This document shows positions 32,259-32,306 of a stretch of 32,306 nt of DNA, piece by piece. The stretch is from the IMG/VR virus record IMGVR_UViG_3300038393_000409, positions 1-32,306 of that record; one strand, written 5' to 3'. The first letter of the stretch is position 1. Every line of letters starts with the position of its first letter. Origin of the DNA: a virus (taxonomy: Duplodnaviria; Caudoviricetes). Under the pieces are notes generated by a model. That model saw nothing but the letters and a program-made list of their open reading frames with translations. It was not told where the DNA came from and did not search any database. Made by a program: the position numbers and the translations under genes.

Positions 32259-32306
32259 GTAGAAACATAGTAGAATATCCCATCACGATGGATGAAGTCT
32301 GGGAGA
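32255..32306 (+). CDS. 5' end of a hypothetical protein (partial)
   Basis: ATGA overlap with the rlpA stop; frame open to the window end (MSRNIVEYPITMDEVWE). Confidence 0.5.
   Translation, partial: MSRNIVEYPITMDEVWE

Overview
This window is a segment of a T4-like (Tevenvirinae-related) dsDNA phage genome. It carries the core replication/recombination/late-transcription backbone in conserved order: uvsW, Sm-like gene, gp55, gp47, gp46, gp45, gp44, gp62, regA, gp43. Three AT-rich free-standing GIY-YIG/Seg-like homing endonuclease genes each sit behind their own late-promoter motif. Two large accessory blocks interrupt the backbone. (1) Between gp46 and gp45: an amino-methyltransferase, peptide deformylase, an unassigned ~113-nt structured RNA, an atypical tRNA-Glu, and a ~8.3 kb cytosine hypermodification cluster. 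The cluster holds a T4 gp42-like dCMP hydroxymethylase, dCMP deaminase, an alpha-glucosyltransferase, two all-alpha NTP pyrophosphatase-like genes, a DenB-like nuclease, a UDG-like protein, an NDT/DNPH1-like hydrolase, a dNMP kinase, a second glycosyltransferase, and a C5-methyltransferase homologue with a degenerate SAM-binding site. (2) Between regA and gp43: an early-promoter operon with four paralogous small proteins that all end in W-x-[SA]-S-x(1-3)-C-COOH, followed by two Pol-beta-type nucleotidyltransferases and a PPP-type phosphoesterase. This is the best candidate for an undescribed peptide-modification or anti-defence system. A spanin pair and an RlpA-like gene are also present. All assignments come from motif recognition by eye; no searches were run.
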